Below, piece by piece: positions 8,719 to 18,013 of a DNA stretch of 64,000 nt. The notes beneath the pieces are model-generated. The model did no database searches. It was given only the letters and a program-made list of their open reading frames with translations, and was not told the DNA's origin. Source of the DNA: a virus; the IMG/VR virus record IMGVR_UViG_3300021961_008712, positions 105,751-169,750 of that record; one strand, 5' to 3'. A program made the translations under genes and the position numbers. The number at the start of each line of letters is the position of its first letter. Position 1 is the stretch's first letter.

Positions 8719-8893
8719 ATGTATGGATAAAGAATTTTATTTAGTAAGAAAAAACGAAAGCAATGCATTTCAAAGATTAATGACGTTCTTTTTAGAACAA
8801 AATAAAAAATATGGTGCTGATTTCGGAGTAGCAGGAATGTACAATACTTTAAATAGGTTTTATGATAAAAAGAATAGCATTAGTAGGGGCTAG
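8711..8893 (+). CDS. Small hypothetical protein
   Basis: ORF overlapping both neighbours. A class I motif at 8631-8660 lies upstream. Confidence 0.4.
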   Translation: MIKCMDKEFYLVRKNESNAFQRLMTFFLEQNKKYGADFGVAGMYNTLNRFYDKKNSISRG

Positions 8894-9383
8894 TAGTACA
8901 GGTAAGACTACTGTCTATGAACTACTTAAAAATAAATTACCTAAATATGAATTCGTAAACGAATCTACTAGAACTGTAGGTAGTTACGGATTTCCTATTA
9001 ATGAAGAAGGTACTGATGCTACTCAACTGGCTATAAGTAGTTTTCATTTAGAAGCTTTACTGCAACCTTATAATCTAGTATTGGATAGGTGTTATATGGA
9101 TTTACTCGTATATTCTAAGTTTATGGATAAATTATCTGTAAAGACATATAACTATATTGAAGATATTTGGAATAGAGTTAAAGGTGAATATACTCACTAT
9201 ATCTACTTTCCTATTGAGTTCGAATCAGTAGATGACGGAGTAAGAAGTGTTAACGAAGAATGGAGAACTAAAATTGATGATGAATTTAAAGCTGTACTAG
9301 AAGGAGTTAGACAGCCTTACTTAACCGTTACTGGTTCTCCTATGCAAAGAGTTGAACAAATATTAAAATTTATAAATGTATAG
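8862..9383 (+). CDS. P-loop nucleotide kinase (AAA_28/dNMP kinase-like)
   Basis: GASSTGKTT, LDR..D..Y and DDGVR. Confidence 0.8.
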   Translation: MIKRIALVGASSTGKTTVYELLKNKLPKYEFVNESTRTVGSYGFPINEEGTDATQLAISSFHLEALLQPYNLVLDRCYMDLLVYSKFMDKLSVKTYNYIEDIWNRVKGEYTHYIYFPIEFESVDDGVRSVNEEWRTKIDDEFKAVLEGVRQPYLTVTGSPMQRVEQILKFINV

Positions 9384-9741
9384 ATACGAAGCAAAACTAG
9401 TCAGAGTAGTAGATGGAGATACTGCCGACGTAATGATCGATCTTGGCTTTGACGTTTGGACTAAAGCTAGATTAAGATTTAATGGAGTAGATACTTGGGA
9501 AAGTAGAACCCGAAATTTAGAAGAAAAAGAAAAAGGTTTACTTGCTAAAGAATTTACTGAATCCTACCTAACACGTAATGATGGAAAATTTCAGATTCAA
9601 TCATTTGGAGTAGGTAAGTACGGTAGAGTGTTAGCAGATATATACATTAAGGGTGAGGAAAAATCTCTAAATCAACTACTAATAGAAAATGGTCATGCGT
9701 ATTTTTACGATGGCGGTACAAAACAAATTTTTAAAGGTTAA
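9376..9741 (+). CDS. Thermonuclease (SNase-like)
   Basis: RVVDGDT, RFNGVDTWE, GKYGRVLA and LIENGHA. Confidence 0.9.
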   Translation: MYRYEAKLVRVVDGDTADVMIDLGFDVWTKARLRFNGVDTWESRTRNLEEKEKGLLAKEFTESYLTRNDGKFQIQSFGVGKYGRVLADIYIKGEEKSLNQLLIENGHAYFYDGGTKQIFKG

Positions 9742-9743
9742 TT

Positions 9744-10652
9744 ATGGAAGAAGTAAAGAATTATCAAGACGTTGTAGCAATTGCATCTAAACACTTAGGT
9801 AAGGTAGGCGGTGATGGGTATAAGGATACTTATGATCCTTCACTACTAGTTAAAATTCCTCGTATCTTAAATAGAGAAGGATATGGTCTTTCCGGAAAAG
9901 AATTTGTAGGAGTTGATGTATGGAATGCTTACGAAGTATCAGCTATTACTACTAAAGGTCAACCTGTTGCTGGTATGCTTAAAATCGTATGTCCCGCGAA
10001 TTCGGAATTTCACGTAGAATCTAAGTCTATAAAATTGTATTTAAACTCTTTTAATATGACGCAGATTGGTAGTACTGCTGCTGACTGTATTACCGGTATT
10101 GAAGCTAGAGTAGAGAGAGACTTAAGAGAACTTTTAGAAGCAGACGTTACAGCAAGATTCTTTACCTCAGAAATGGAATTTGAAAGTCTAACTTTCCAGG
10201 GATACGATCCTTTAGATCAAATAACTAACTTAGATGCTATAGACTTTACAGCCTTTAAATCTGATGCTTCTCAACTAGATGTTGAAGAGCATTCATCTAG
10301 TACCGAAATAAAGTACTCCTCTAATTTACTTAGATCAAATTGTAGAGTTACTAATCAACCGGATTGGGGTGATGTGTTTATTCGAATGGAGGGTAAAAAT
10401 ATTCCCACACCAGAATCAGTAGCTAAGTATATTGTTTCTCATAGAACAGTTAGTCACTTCCATGAGGAGATATGTGAAATGATTTTTAAACATTTGATGG
10501 ATGCTTGTAACCCTGATCAGTTAATGGTGGCTTGTTTATATACTCGAAGAGGAGGTATTGATATTAATCCTATTAGAGCTACACACTCATTATATATACC
10601 GGACTTCTTTACTGAGCCTCTATTTACTATTAAGAAGACCCTTAGACAATAA
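9744..10652 (+). CDS. queF: NADPH-dependent preQ0 reductase, bimodular type
   Basis: ESKSIKLYLNSF QueF motif, RSNCRVTNQPDWG, FHEE and YTRRGGIDINP. Confidence 0.93.
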   Translation: MEEVKNYQDVVAIASKHLGKVGGDGYKDTYDPSLLVKIPRILNREGYGLSGKEFVGVDVWNAYEVSAITTKGQPVAGMLKIVCPANSEFHVESKSIKLYLNSFNMTQIGSTAADCITGIEARVERDLRELLEADVTARFFTSEMEFESLTFQGYDPLDQITNLDAIDFTAFKSDASQLDVEEHSSSTEIKYSSNLLRSNCRVTNQPDWGDVFIRMEGKNIPTPESVAKYIVSHRTVSHFHEEICEMIFKHLMDACNPDQLMVACLYTRRGGIDINPIRATHSLYIPDFFTEPLFTIKKTLRQ

Positions 10653-10662
10653 ATTTAACAGT

Positions 10663-10923
10663 ATGCCAGAAGTACTTATAGAAGAAGAAAAGCAACTAAT
10701 TGCAACTAGAGTACCACCCGGTGATAACTGGGAATTAGTAATCGATCCAGGAACTACTATTGAGGGTTTGGTTATGGCTTTAACTATGTACATGCGTAAA
10801 ACTAAGTTTAAAGGTCATTATAGATTAGAACCCTTAGAAGGTAAACTCTACATAATCAAACAAGAAGAAATCATAGTAGAAGAACCAGAACCAATGCTAT
10901 TCGACTTATATGGTGAATTCTAA
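10663..10923 (+). CDS. Hypothetical protein
   Basis: ATG at 10663 follows the queF stop. Confidence 0.65.
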   Translation: MPEVLIEEEKQLIATRVPPGDNWELVIDPGTTIEGLVMALTMYMRKTKFKGHYRLEPLEGKLYIIKQEEIIVEEPEPMLFDLYGEF

Positions 10924-11492
10924 TGTCCAGACTTTTAAAAAAATATTCTCTCAAGTATCAGTATCTCAAATTAGAGCATGAGGATACAAAAGAATACTTT
11001 TCTACATTAGAAGTTAAGTGGAAAGAAATCTTTGGAAAATATTTTAGTCAAATAAAAACTGAGATCTGGATTAATGAAGAAACAGGTGAAATAAGAGATA
11101 CCCCTCCAGGAGAGGAAGAACCAAAAGTAGCTAAACCAGATAAACTGAAAAAACTATATAGAAAAGCATCTACAAAAGCACACCCAGATAAAGGAGGAAC
11201 AGAAGAGGAATTTGACCGTATAAAATCTTGTTACGAAAATAATGACTTTTTAGGATTACTTTCCTATGCTTCTGAAAAAAATATCAATGTAGAAGTAGAT
11301 GATGAAGATGAAGAGCTTCTCAAAGCCAGTGTATTTGGATTAGAAAAAAGAATACAGACAATTGAAGCATCGCTCATTTGGAATTTTTTTAAAGGTAATA
11401 ACCGTATGAAGGTTAGAGTTATTAGACAGCTCGAACACCAGCACAATATAAAAATAGACGAAAAAGAAATACTAAATCAGTTGGAATCTTGA
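10923..11492 (+). CDS. J-domain (DnaJ-like) protein
   Basis: KKLYRK...HPDKGG..EEF..I...YE. Confidence 0.8.
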   Translation: MSRLLKKYSLKYQYLKLEHEDTKEYFSTLEVKWKEIFGKYFSQIKTEIWINEETGEIRDTPPGEEEPKVAKPDKLKKLYRKASTKAHPDKGGTEEEFDRIKSCYENNDFLGLLSYASEKNINVEVDDEDEELLKASVFGLEKRIQTIEASLIWNFFKGNNRMKVRVIRQLEHQHNIKIDEKEILNQLES

Positions 11493-11509
11493 ATAAAAGT
11501 TCGTATATT
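11480..11509 (+). promoter_or_regulatory. Class I promoter GTTG-N16-TTCGTATATT
   Basis: Exact consensus copy upstream of HNH-polA. Confidence 0.8.
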
Positions 11510-11530
11510 TAAGTATTAATTAGAAAGGTT

Positions 11531-11899
11531 ATGTGTAAAGTTACATGGTGTAACACCCCTATAGAAGAAGAAGCTCATTTTGCCACCAAATACTGTAAAG
11601 TTCATAGACAGTATCAAACTTACGGTAAAAATGCTCCAGTCCGTCCTTGGTTATTTTATAAAACGGAAAAAATAGTGGCAGGTAACTTAAAATGTGAGTG
11701 TTGCGGTTACGATCCAACTCAATTTTACGATAGAGATTTAAAAGAATTAAGTGGCTTATTTGATGTAGATCACATAAATTCTAATATTAAACATACTGAT
11801 GAAGGAGAACAACCTTCTAACTATCAGCTTGTTTGTAAACATTGTCATATACTCAAATCATATGACGAAGGAGATTTTATAAGAAAAGATTTTAGATAA
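11531..11899 (+). CDS. HNH endonuclease
   Basis: CECCG, DVDHIN and NYQLVCKHCH. Confidence 0.85.
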   Translation: MCKVTWCNTPIEEEAHFATKYCKVHRQYQTYGKNAPVRPWLFYKTEKIVAGNLKCECCGYDPTQFYDRDLKELSGLFDVDHINSNIKHTDEGEQPSNYQLVCKHCHILKSYDEGDFIRKDFR

Positions 11900-14224
11900 A
11901 TGCAATTAGAAAAAAAGTACTACACAGTCCAAGATAGCGAAACTTTAAAGCTACTATTCCAGCATATTCAAGATTCAGATGTTATAGCAGTCGATACGGA
12001 GACTACCGGACTTAATCCTAGGAAAGATAAAATTGTAGGTTGGTCTGTATCTGGAGAAGAAGGTATAGGTTTCTATCTTCCTACCTTAGTCTGGAACTTT
12101 CAGAAAGATGAATTAGAACTGCAGACTATTGATGATACTTCTACTGAAGTAATTTCTAAAAATTTACTAAAAGCACTGATTGGAAAAAAGCTAGTATTTC
12201 ACAACGCTTCTTTCGACGTTCAGTTTATTAATAACTATTTTGGTATTAACTTACTACCTAGTGTTTGGGTTGATACTGGATTACTTGTTCATACAGTCTA
12301 TGAAGAAGGAGCCTTCGGGTTTGGTAGTCCTTTCGGACTAAAATCTATTGCTATCATGAATCAGGAAGCTCTTGGCCTGAATGTGCAAGAAGCAGCTAAC
12401 CAAGAGCAGTTGGAACTGAAAGAAAGTATTAAGAAAAATGGTGGTTCTGTCACTAAAGAAAGTTTTGAAATTTATAAAGCTGATCTGGATATTCTTAGCA
12501 AGTATGCTTCAGCTGATACTGATCTTACCCTTCGTATTTGTAATCTTTATTTGGGTAAGCTTAGAGACGAAGGTTTGGAAGAATTCTTCTTCAACGAGGA
12601 AGTAATGCCAATCTACCGTGAGGTAACTGTACCTATGGAAGCTTACGGTGTAGATCTTGATATGGAGTTATTAGCTAAAACTTATGCTGAGATTACCGAG
12701 GATCAAGAAAAGAATAAAGAGATTGTAATGAAGTCTCTATTAGCTCTTCCGGAAGTTAAACAGTGGGTAGTAGATACTGCTATGACTAACTACCCTGTAT
12801 CCCATAAAGGTAATTGGGCTCAAAAATTAGTTGAGAGATACTCTCTACCTTTACCTAAATCAGAGAAAACAGGCAAGTATACCCTTACTCAAAAAGCTAT
12901 AGAAGAGTTAGAAGACTCTCCTCAAAAACAGTTTCTTCTTACCGGTGAAAACCATTATATTAGTGAAGTAGAGCAAGCTAGAATTTCTATGAGTCTATGG
13001 AAAGAGCAAAATGATGGAGAATATCTCAATATTCAATCTAAAGCTCACTTAGGTGAAATAGTATTTAAATACATGGGTATTAAACCTAAAGTATCTGGTG
13101 CTAATACCAAGTCTGGTAGAGATAAGTTTGATATGGATATGGTAGAAGAGCTAGCTAAAGAGTATCCTTGGGCAGAAAATCTTCGTATCTACAATAAGCT
13201 CTTAAAAATAAAGTCTACTTATATTGAACGTTTTGTTAACGGTAATGAGGACGGTAAATACTACTTCTACTTTAAGCAGAACGGTACTGTATCAGGTCGA
13301 TATGGATCAGATGCACAACAGCTTCCTAAACCACTTGAACCAGGTGAAGATGCTCCTGTAATAGAGAAGTATGTTAATATTGTTAGAGCATTCCTGATTG
13401 CAGGTAAGGGTAGAAAAGTAATTGATTGTGATTATGAATCTCTAGAACCTCACTGCTTTGCCTCAGTATCCGGTGATGAAAAACTACAAGAGATTTTTAA
13501 CAATAATTACGACTTCTATTCGTATGTAGCAATACAGACTGAAAAACTTGAAGGTGTCTCTGCTGATAAATCTGCTCCTAACTACTTAAAGAAGCTAGAC
13601 CCAGTTAAAAGAAATAAAGCTAAAGCTTATTCGTTAGGGGTTGCATACGGTATGGAAGCTTATGCTCTCAAAATGACGTTAGATGTTGATCAGAAAACTG
13701 CTGAAGGATTAATTAAAGGTTACTTGGATGGGTTTCCTGGTCTTGCTAAATGGAGAGAAAATTCTAGACGCCAAGTTAAGGATGAAGGATATATTAAAAA
13801 CTATGTAGGACGCGTTCGACACTTACCTAGAGTGAAGCAAATTTACTCTAAGTTTGGTGATAGAATGATGGACTGGAGATTTAGAAAAGAACTAGAGCTA
13901 CAATACGGTAAAGATCAAGTAATGCAAGCATATCGAGACTATCGAAACGGACTTAATAACTGCTTAAACTTTCAGTTGCAGTCTCTTGCCGCTGCGGTTG
14001 TTAACCGTGCTGCTCTTGCTATAAACAGAAAAGCAAAAGAACTAGGAGTAGATGCTTGTGTACAAGCTCAGGTACATGACCAGTTGGTTATTAACGTTAG
14101 AGAAGATCAAGCAGAAATGTTTGCTCCTTATGTTAAAGATCTAATGGAAAGTACCACACAGCTTCCTGGAGTTACTTTGAAAGCACCACCTGAAATTTCA
14201 ATTAACTGGAGAGATGGACACTAA
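11900..14224 (+). CDS. polA: Family A DNA polymerase (3'-5' exonuclease + polymerase)
   Basis: DTETTG, HNASFD, YASAD, GTVSGR, motif A DYESLE, motif B KAYSLGVAYG and motif C QVHDQ. Confidence 0.95.
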   Translation: MQLEKKYYTVQDSETLKLLFQHIQDSDVIAVDTETTGLNPRKDKIVGWSVSGEEGIGFYLPTLVWNFQKDELELQTIDDTSTEVISKNLLKALIGKKLVFHNASFDVQFINNYFGINLLPSVWVDTGLLVHTVYEEGAFGFGSPFGLKSIAIMNQEALGLNVQEAANQEQLELKESIKKNGGSVTKESFEIYKADLDILSKYASADTDLTLRICNLYLGKLRDEGLEEFFFNEEVMPIYREVTVPMEAYGVDLDMELLAKTYAEITEDQEKNKEIVMKSLLALPEVKQWVVDTAMTNYPVSHKGNWAQKLVERYSLPLPKSEKTGKYTLTQKAIEELEDSPQKQFLLTGENHYISEVEQARISMSLWKEQNDGEYLNIQSKAHLGEIVFKYMGIKPKVSGANTKSGRDKFDMDMVEELAKEYPWAENLRIYNKLLKIKSTYIERFVNGNEDGKYYFYFKQNGTVSGRYGSDAQQLPKPLEPGEDAPVIEKYVNIVRAFLIAGKGRKVIDCDYESLEPHCFASVSGDEKLQEIFNNNYDFYSYVAIQTEKLEGVSADKSAPNYLKKLDPVKRNKAKAYSLGVAYGMEAYALKMTLDVDQKTAEGLIKGYLDGFPGLAKWRENSRRQVKDEGYIKNYVGRVRHLPRVKQIYSKFGDRMMDWRFRKELELQYGKDQVMQAYRDYRNGLNNCLNFQLQSLAAAVVNRAALAINRKAKELGVDACVQAQVHDQLVINVREDQAEMFAPYVKDLMESTTQLPGVTLKAPPEISINWRDGH

Positions 14225-14720
14225 TAAAATATTGATCATAGCAAATATAAGATGTGGAGGAACTACTCTCTTAAGATCACTTGCTTCAAATTATAAATGT
14301 CCTGCAATTTTTGAACCTACTAAGTTAGAAGATTTTGGTAATCATGTAGTAGTTAAAGCAAACGCAGCACAGCATAAAGTCGAAGACCTACTAACCTATT
14401 CAGAGAAGTTTGATAGTGTAATTCTTCTTGATCGAAAAAATAAAGAAGAACAAATTCAATCTGCTACTTGGATGTTTCATCATAATACTTCTAATGTTAA
14501 ATGGAAGTGGAATAAGAAATTAGAAGGAACTCCTGCTAATGAAAAAGCAATTTATGAAGTAGGAGTACATACAGAAAATTTAGGAATCATTAGCGAGAAG
14601 CTAGGTATTGAAATTACATATTATGAGGACATCTATTTTGGAGAAGTATTAGTTAATGGATTTATTCCTCAAATAAGTAAGAAATTGAGACAAGAAGATA
14701 CAAAAAAAATAATAATATAG
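14214..14720 (+). CDS. Sulfotransferase-like P-loop protein
   Basis: IIANIRCGGTTL, FEP, DRKN...QS and YYED. Paralog of 44859. Confidence 0.65.
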   Translation: MDTNKILIIANIRCGGTTLLRSLASNYKCPAIFEPTKLEDFGNHVVVKANAAQHKVEDLLTYSEKFDSVILLDRKNKEEQIQSATWMFHHNTSNVKWKWNKKLEGTPANEKAIYEVGVHTENLGIISEKLGIEITYYEDIYFGEVLVNGFIPQISKKLRQEDTKKIII

Positions 14721-14757
14721 TTGGATAAAATAGTTAAAAACCCTATATTTATTAATA

Positions 14758-15267
14758 TAGAAATCGACCCCAGAGCGCTTTCTTATGTTTAACCCGACGA
14801 TCTTAGGACGTCACAAATTTTAAATGATATGAGTACATTATTTTATGAACGTAATCCGTTCGACATTTTAGTTAGGAATTTTTTCCAAGAAGCCGGGGCT
14901 TACAGACCTCTGGCAGAATCCAAATTACCCCACCCAGTAGATATTTACGAGAGAGACAACGGTCTAGGACTAGATATAGCTTGTACAGGGATCTCAAAAG
15001 AAGATATCGAAATTCTAATTGAGGGTAATATAATCAGAGTAAATTACGATAAACCGAAAGACGAAGATCAAGGCGAATTTATACATAAAGGTATCGCTAA
15101 AAGATCTTTTAATTTAGGTTGGAAGATTGATAGTAGGTTTGACTTAAATAAAGCAACAGCTGAGTTTAAGAATGGCTTACTTCAAATTATTATTCCTTTT
15201 GCTAAAGGATCAGAGCCAAAAACTTTGAAAATTAGCTAAATTTTATTGCTCTGGGGTTTGATTTCTA
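14758..15267. repeat. Long-range inverted repeat bracketing hsp20 (arms 14758-14776 and 15248-15267)
   Basis: TAGAAATCGACCCCAGAGC versus GCTCTGGGGTTTGATTTCTA: 10 bp plus 8 bp perfect complementarity joined by one G-U and a 1-nt bulge. Confidence 0.85.
14829..15239 (+). CDS. hsp20: Small heat shock protein Hsp20
   Basis: PVDIYE, G..KEDI.I, HKGIAKRSF and A.FKNGLL.I. Confidence 0.93.
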   Translation: MSTLFYERNPFDILVRNFFQEAGAYRPLAESKLPHPVDIYERDNGLGLDIACTGISKEDIEILIEGNIIRVNYDKPKDEDQGEFIHKGIAKRSFNLGWKIDSRFDLNKATAEFKNGLLQIIIPFAKGSEPKTLKIS

Positions 15268-15304
15268 AATTAAAGTTCTTATATTAATATAAATAAAAAG
15301 TTTT

Positions 15305-15613
15305 ATGGATAAAAAGTTATTACCGTCAAATGACAGATTGTTAATTCGCCCTATAGATGAAGGCGAAAAAACGTACGGAAATATTGTAATTCCCGATATG
15401 GGAAAAGAAAAGCCGGAGATGGGAGAGGTCCTCGCCACAGGCAAAGGCAGACTATCAGAGTTTGGCCATTTTATTCCAGTTAATCATAAAGTAGGTGATA
15501 TTGTACTAATACCTAAAATTGGTACTCTAAGAATCGATTTTGAGGGAGAGGAATACTTTATAGCACAAGATAGAGAAATTTTAGCAGTTGTAAGAACCAC
15601 AGAAGATGAATAA
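15305..15613 (+). CDS. groES: Co-chaperonin GroES
   Basis: PSNDRLLI, GEVLATGKG, KVGDIVL and REILAVV. Confidence 0.93.
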   Translation: MDKKLLPSNDRLLIRPIDEGEKTYGNIVIPDMGKEKPEMGEVLATGKGRLSEFGHFIPVNHKVGDIVLIPKIGTLRIDFEGEEYFIAQDREILAVVRTTEDE

Positions 15614-17261
15614 AGAATTAGTTTTTAATCACGAAGCAAGACAGCAACTCTCACAAGGAGTAGAAAAATTAGCAAAGACTGTCGTTTGCACACTTGGACC
15701 TGCCGGTAGAAATGTAATTATTGAGCAGGAAGCAGGTAACCCTACTTCTACTAAAGACGGTGTTACTGTAGCTAAATCTATTAACTTAAAACATCCAGTA
15801 GAAGATATCGGAGCTCAGTTAGTAAAGCAGGCATCTATTAAGACAGGTGATCAAGCTGGAGACGGTACTACTACCTCTACCTTACTAGCAAGAGAAATTT
15901 TTCAAAAAGGTTTAGGTACCATTGGAAATAATAATGCAGTAGAAGTAAAAAAAGGAATTGAATTTGCTACTAAAACAGCAGTAGAATATTTACAAAAGAC
16001 ATCTAAAGATATAACGGACGAAGAGCAGCTAAAACAAGTCGCTACTATTTCAGCTAATAACGATAATGAAGTTGGTGAGTTAATTTCCGCTGCCATGGAT
16101 AAAGTAGGGCAAGATGGAGTCGTTACTATTGAGGAATCAAAAACAGGAGAGACCTACCTTGAAACGGTAGAAGGAATGCAATTTAGCAGAGGTTATAAGT
16201 CTCCTTATTTTGTTACTGACAATGGCTCTATGACAGCTGTTCTTCGTGATCCGTTAATCTTAATTACAGATAAAAGATTAAACGCAGTAAAAGAATTACT
16301 TCCTATCCTAGAAGCAGTCTCTCAACAGAACAAGTCACTATTAGTTATTGCAGATGATATTGATGGAGAGGCATTATCTACTATGGTAGTTAATAAGATG
16401 AGAGGTATTTTACCTGTAGTAGCAGTAAAAGCTCCTGACTTTGGAGATAGAAAAAAAGCTTCTTTAGAAGATATTGCAATCTTGACCGGAGGAACAGTAG
16501 TATCGGATCAAAAAGGTATGAGACTAGATAAGTTTCAACCCGAATGGTTAGGTAAAGCCGGTAAGGTTACTGTAACTAAAGATAAGACTACTATTATTGA
16601 TGCTAAAGGAAAAGATGTTGATATTGAAGAAAGAATTATTGATATCAAAAATCAAATCGATGATTCTAATTCCCCTTTTGAAAAAGAAAATTTACAAGAT
16701 AGATTAGGCAAGCTTGTAGGTGGTGTGGCCGTAGTACATGTCGGTGGTTATACAGAAGTAGAGTTAAAAGAGAAAAAAGATAGAGTAGATGATGCTCTCC
16801 ACGCCACCAGAGCTGCTTTAGAAGAAGGTATTCTTCCTGGAGGAGGAGTAGCGTTACTAAATGCAAGTACCTACCTACTTAATTTAAAAAAGAAAGGTGA
16901 ATTCAAAACAAAGACAGCTAGTGAGCAAGTAGGTATTCAAATACTTACAGAGGCTATTCAAGCTCCCTTTACTCAGATTTTGTACAATGCCGGTAAACAG
17001 AGAGAAGAAGTAGAAGATATTCAGAAACTAATTAACTCTAAAACAAAAGATGATTGGTACGGTTATAATTCGAGAAAAGAAGAGTATGCTGATATGTTTA
17101 AAGAAGGTATTATAGACCCAACTAAGGTTACGCGTCTAGCTTTGGAGAATGCAGTTTCTGTTGCTGGTACAATGTTAATTACTGAAGCAGTAGTATCAGT
17201 TGAGAGAGATGAAGAAAATACTAAGAAACAACCAGACGCACAACAAATGCTATTAGGATAA
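15606..17261 (+). CDS. groEL: Chaperonin GroEL
   Basis: TLGPAGRNV, TKDGVTVAK, AGDGTTT and GIIDPTKV. No GGM tail. Confidence 0.97.
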   Translation: MNKELVFNHEARQQLSQGVEKLAKTVVCTLGPAGRNVIIEQEAGNPTSTKDGVTVAKSINLKHPVEDIGAQLVKQASIKTGDQAGDGTTTSTLLAREIFQKGLGTIGNNNAVEVKKGIEFATKTAVEYLQKTSKDITDEEQLKQVATISANNDNEVGELISAAMDKVGQDGVVTIEESKTGETYLETVEGMQFSRGYKSPYFVTDNGSMTAVLRDPLILITDKRLNAVKELLPILEAVSQQNKSLLVIADDIDGEALSTMVVNKMRGILPVVAVKAPDFGDRKKASLEDIAILTGGTVVSDQKGMRLDKFQPEWLGKAGKVTVTKDKTTIIDAKGKDVDIEERIIDIKNQIDDSNSPFEKENLQDRLGKLVGGVAVVHVGGYTEVELKEKKDRVDDALHATRAALEEGILPGGGVALLNASTYLLNLKKKGEFKTKTASEQVGIQILTEAIQAPFTQILYNAGKQREEVEDIQKLINSKTKDDWYGYNSRKEEYADMFKEGIIDPTKVTRLALENAVSVAGTMLITEAVVSVERDEENTKKQPDAQQMLLG

Positions 17262-18013
17262 TGAAATACAGTTTTATAGTAGATTGGCTTAAGGAGTATA
17301 GTACTTCTAATAATGATAGAAACTTTGTAGTAGGTGTATCGGGCGGTATTGACTCCGCCCTTACTTCTACCCTCTGCGCTGAAACCGGTATTACAACTTA
17401 TGTTGTTTCAATGCCAATTAAACAAGGACATAGAGAAGTTCAACTAGCGGAGGACCATATTGAATGGTTAGTAAACAAATATCCAAATGTTATTCCGTTA
17501 AAATACGAATTAGACAAAGTGTATGAGCAATTTACATCTCTATTCGAAAACGTAAATGATTTAGCAAACGCTAATTCTAGATCAAGAATTCGAATGACCA
17601 CACTTTACCATATTGCTCAAGTTACCCATTCACTAGTAGTAGGAACTGGTAATAAAGTAGAAGACTTTGGAATTGGATTTTTTACCAAATATGGCGATGG
17701 CGGCGTAGATATCTCACCCATAGCTGATCTAATGAAATCAGAAGTTAAAGAAGCAGCTTGTGAGTATCAATTACTATTAGATATTATAGATGCTAAGCCT
17801 ACTGATGGTTTATGGGATGATAGCCGAACCGATGAAGATCAAATTGGTGCTACTTATGATGAATTAGAATGGGCTATGACATTTGGAGGTAAAAAAACAG
17901 GACTAAAAAAAAGACAAAAAGAAGTACTTAATATCTTCTACGGACTCCAGATTCAAAATAAACATAAAATGAATCCTATTCCTATCTGTCTAAAACCACA
18001 AGATGTTAAGTAA
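17261..18013 (+). CDS. nadE: NH3-dependent NAD+ synthetase
   Basis: GVSGGIDS, N.RSRIRM, GTGNKVE..GFFTKYGDGG and PTDGLW..RTDEDQIG. Confidence 0.93.
   Translation: MKYSFIVDWLKEYSTSNNDRNFVVGVSGGIDSALTSTLCAETGITTYVVSMPIKQGHREVQLAEDHIEWLVNKYPNVIPLKYELDKVYEQFTSLFENVNDLANANSRSRIRMTTLYHIAQVTHSLVVGTGNKVEDFGIGFFTKYGDGGVDISPIADLMKSEVKEAACEYQLLLDIIDAKPTDGLWDDSRTDEDQIGATYDELEWAMTFGGKKTGLKKRQKEVLNIFYGLQIQNKHKMNPIPICLKPQDVK

Noticed and set aside
11531-11899. HNH gene as an intron- or intein-associated mobile element in polA
   Set aside because: It is free-standing upstream of polA, and polA reads continuously with no intein motifs.
17261-18013. Possible QueC substitute (same SGGxDS ATP-pyrophosphatase superfamily)
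   Set aside because: Carries NadE-specific motifs (GTGNKVE, FFTKYGDGG, TDEDQIG) and lacks the QueC Zn-binding cysteines.
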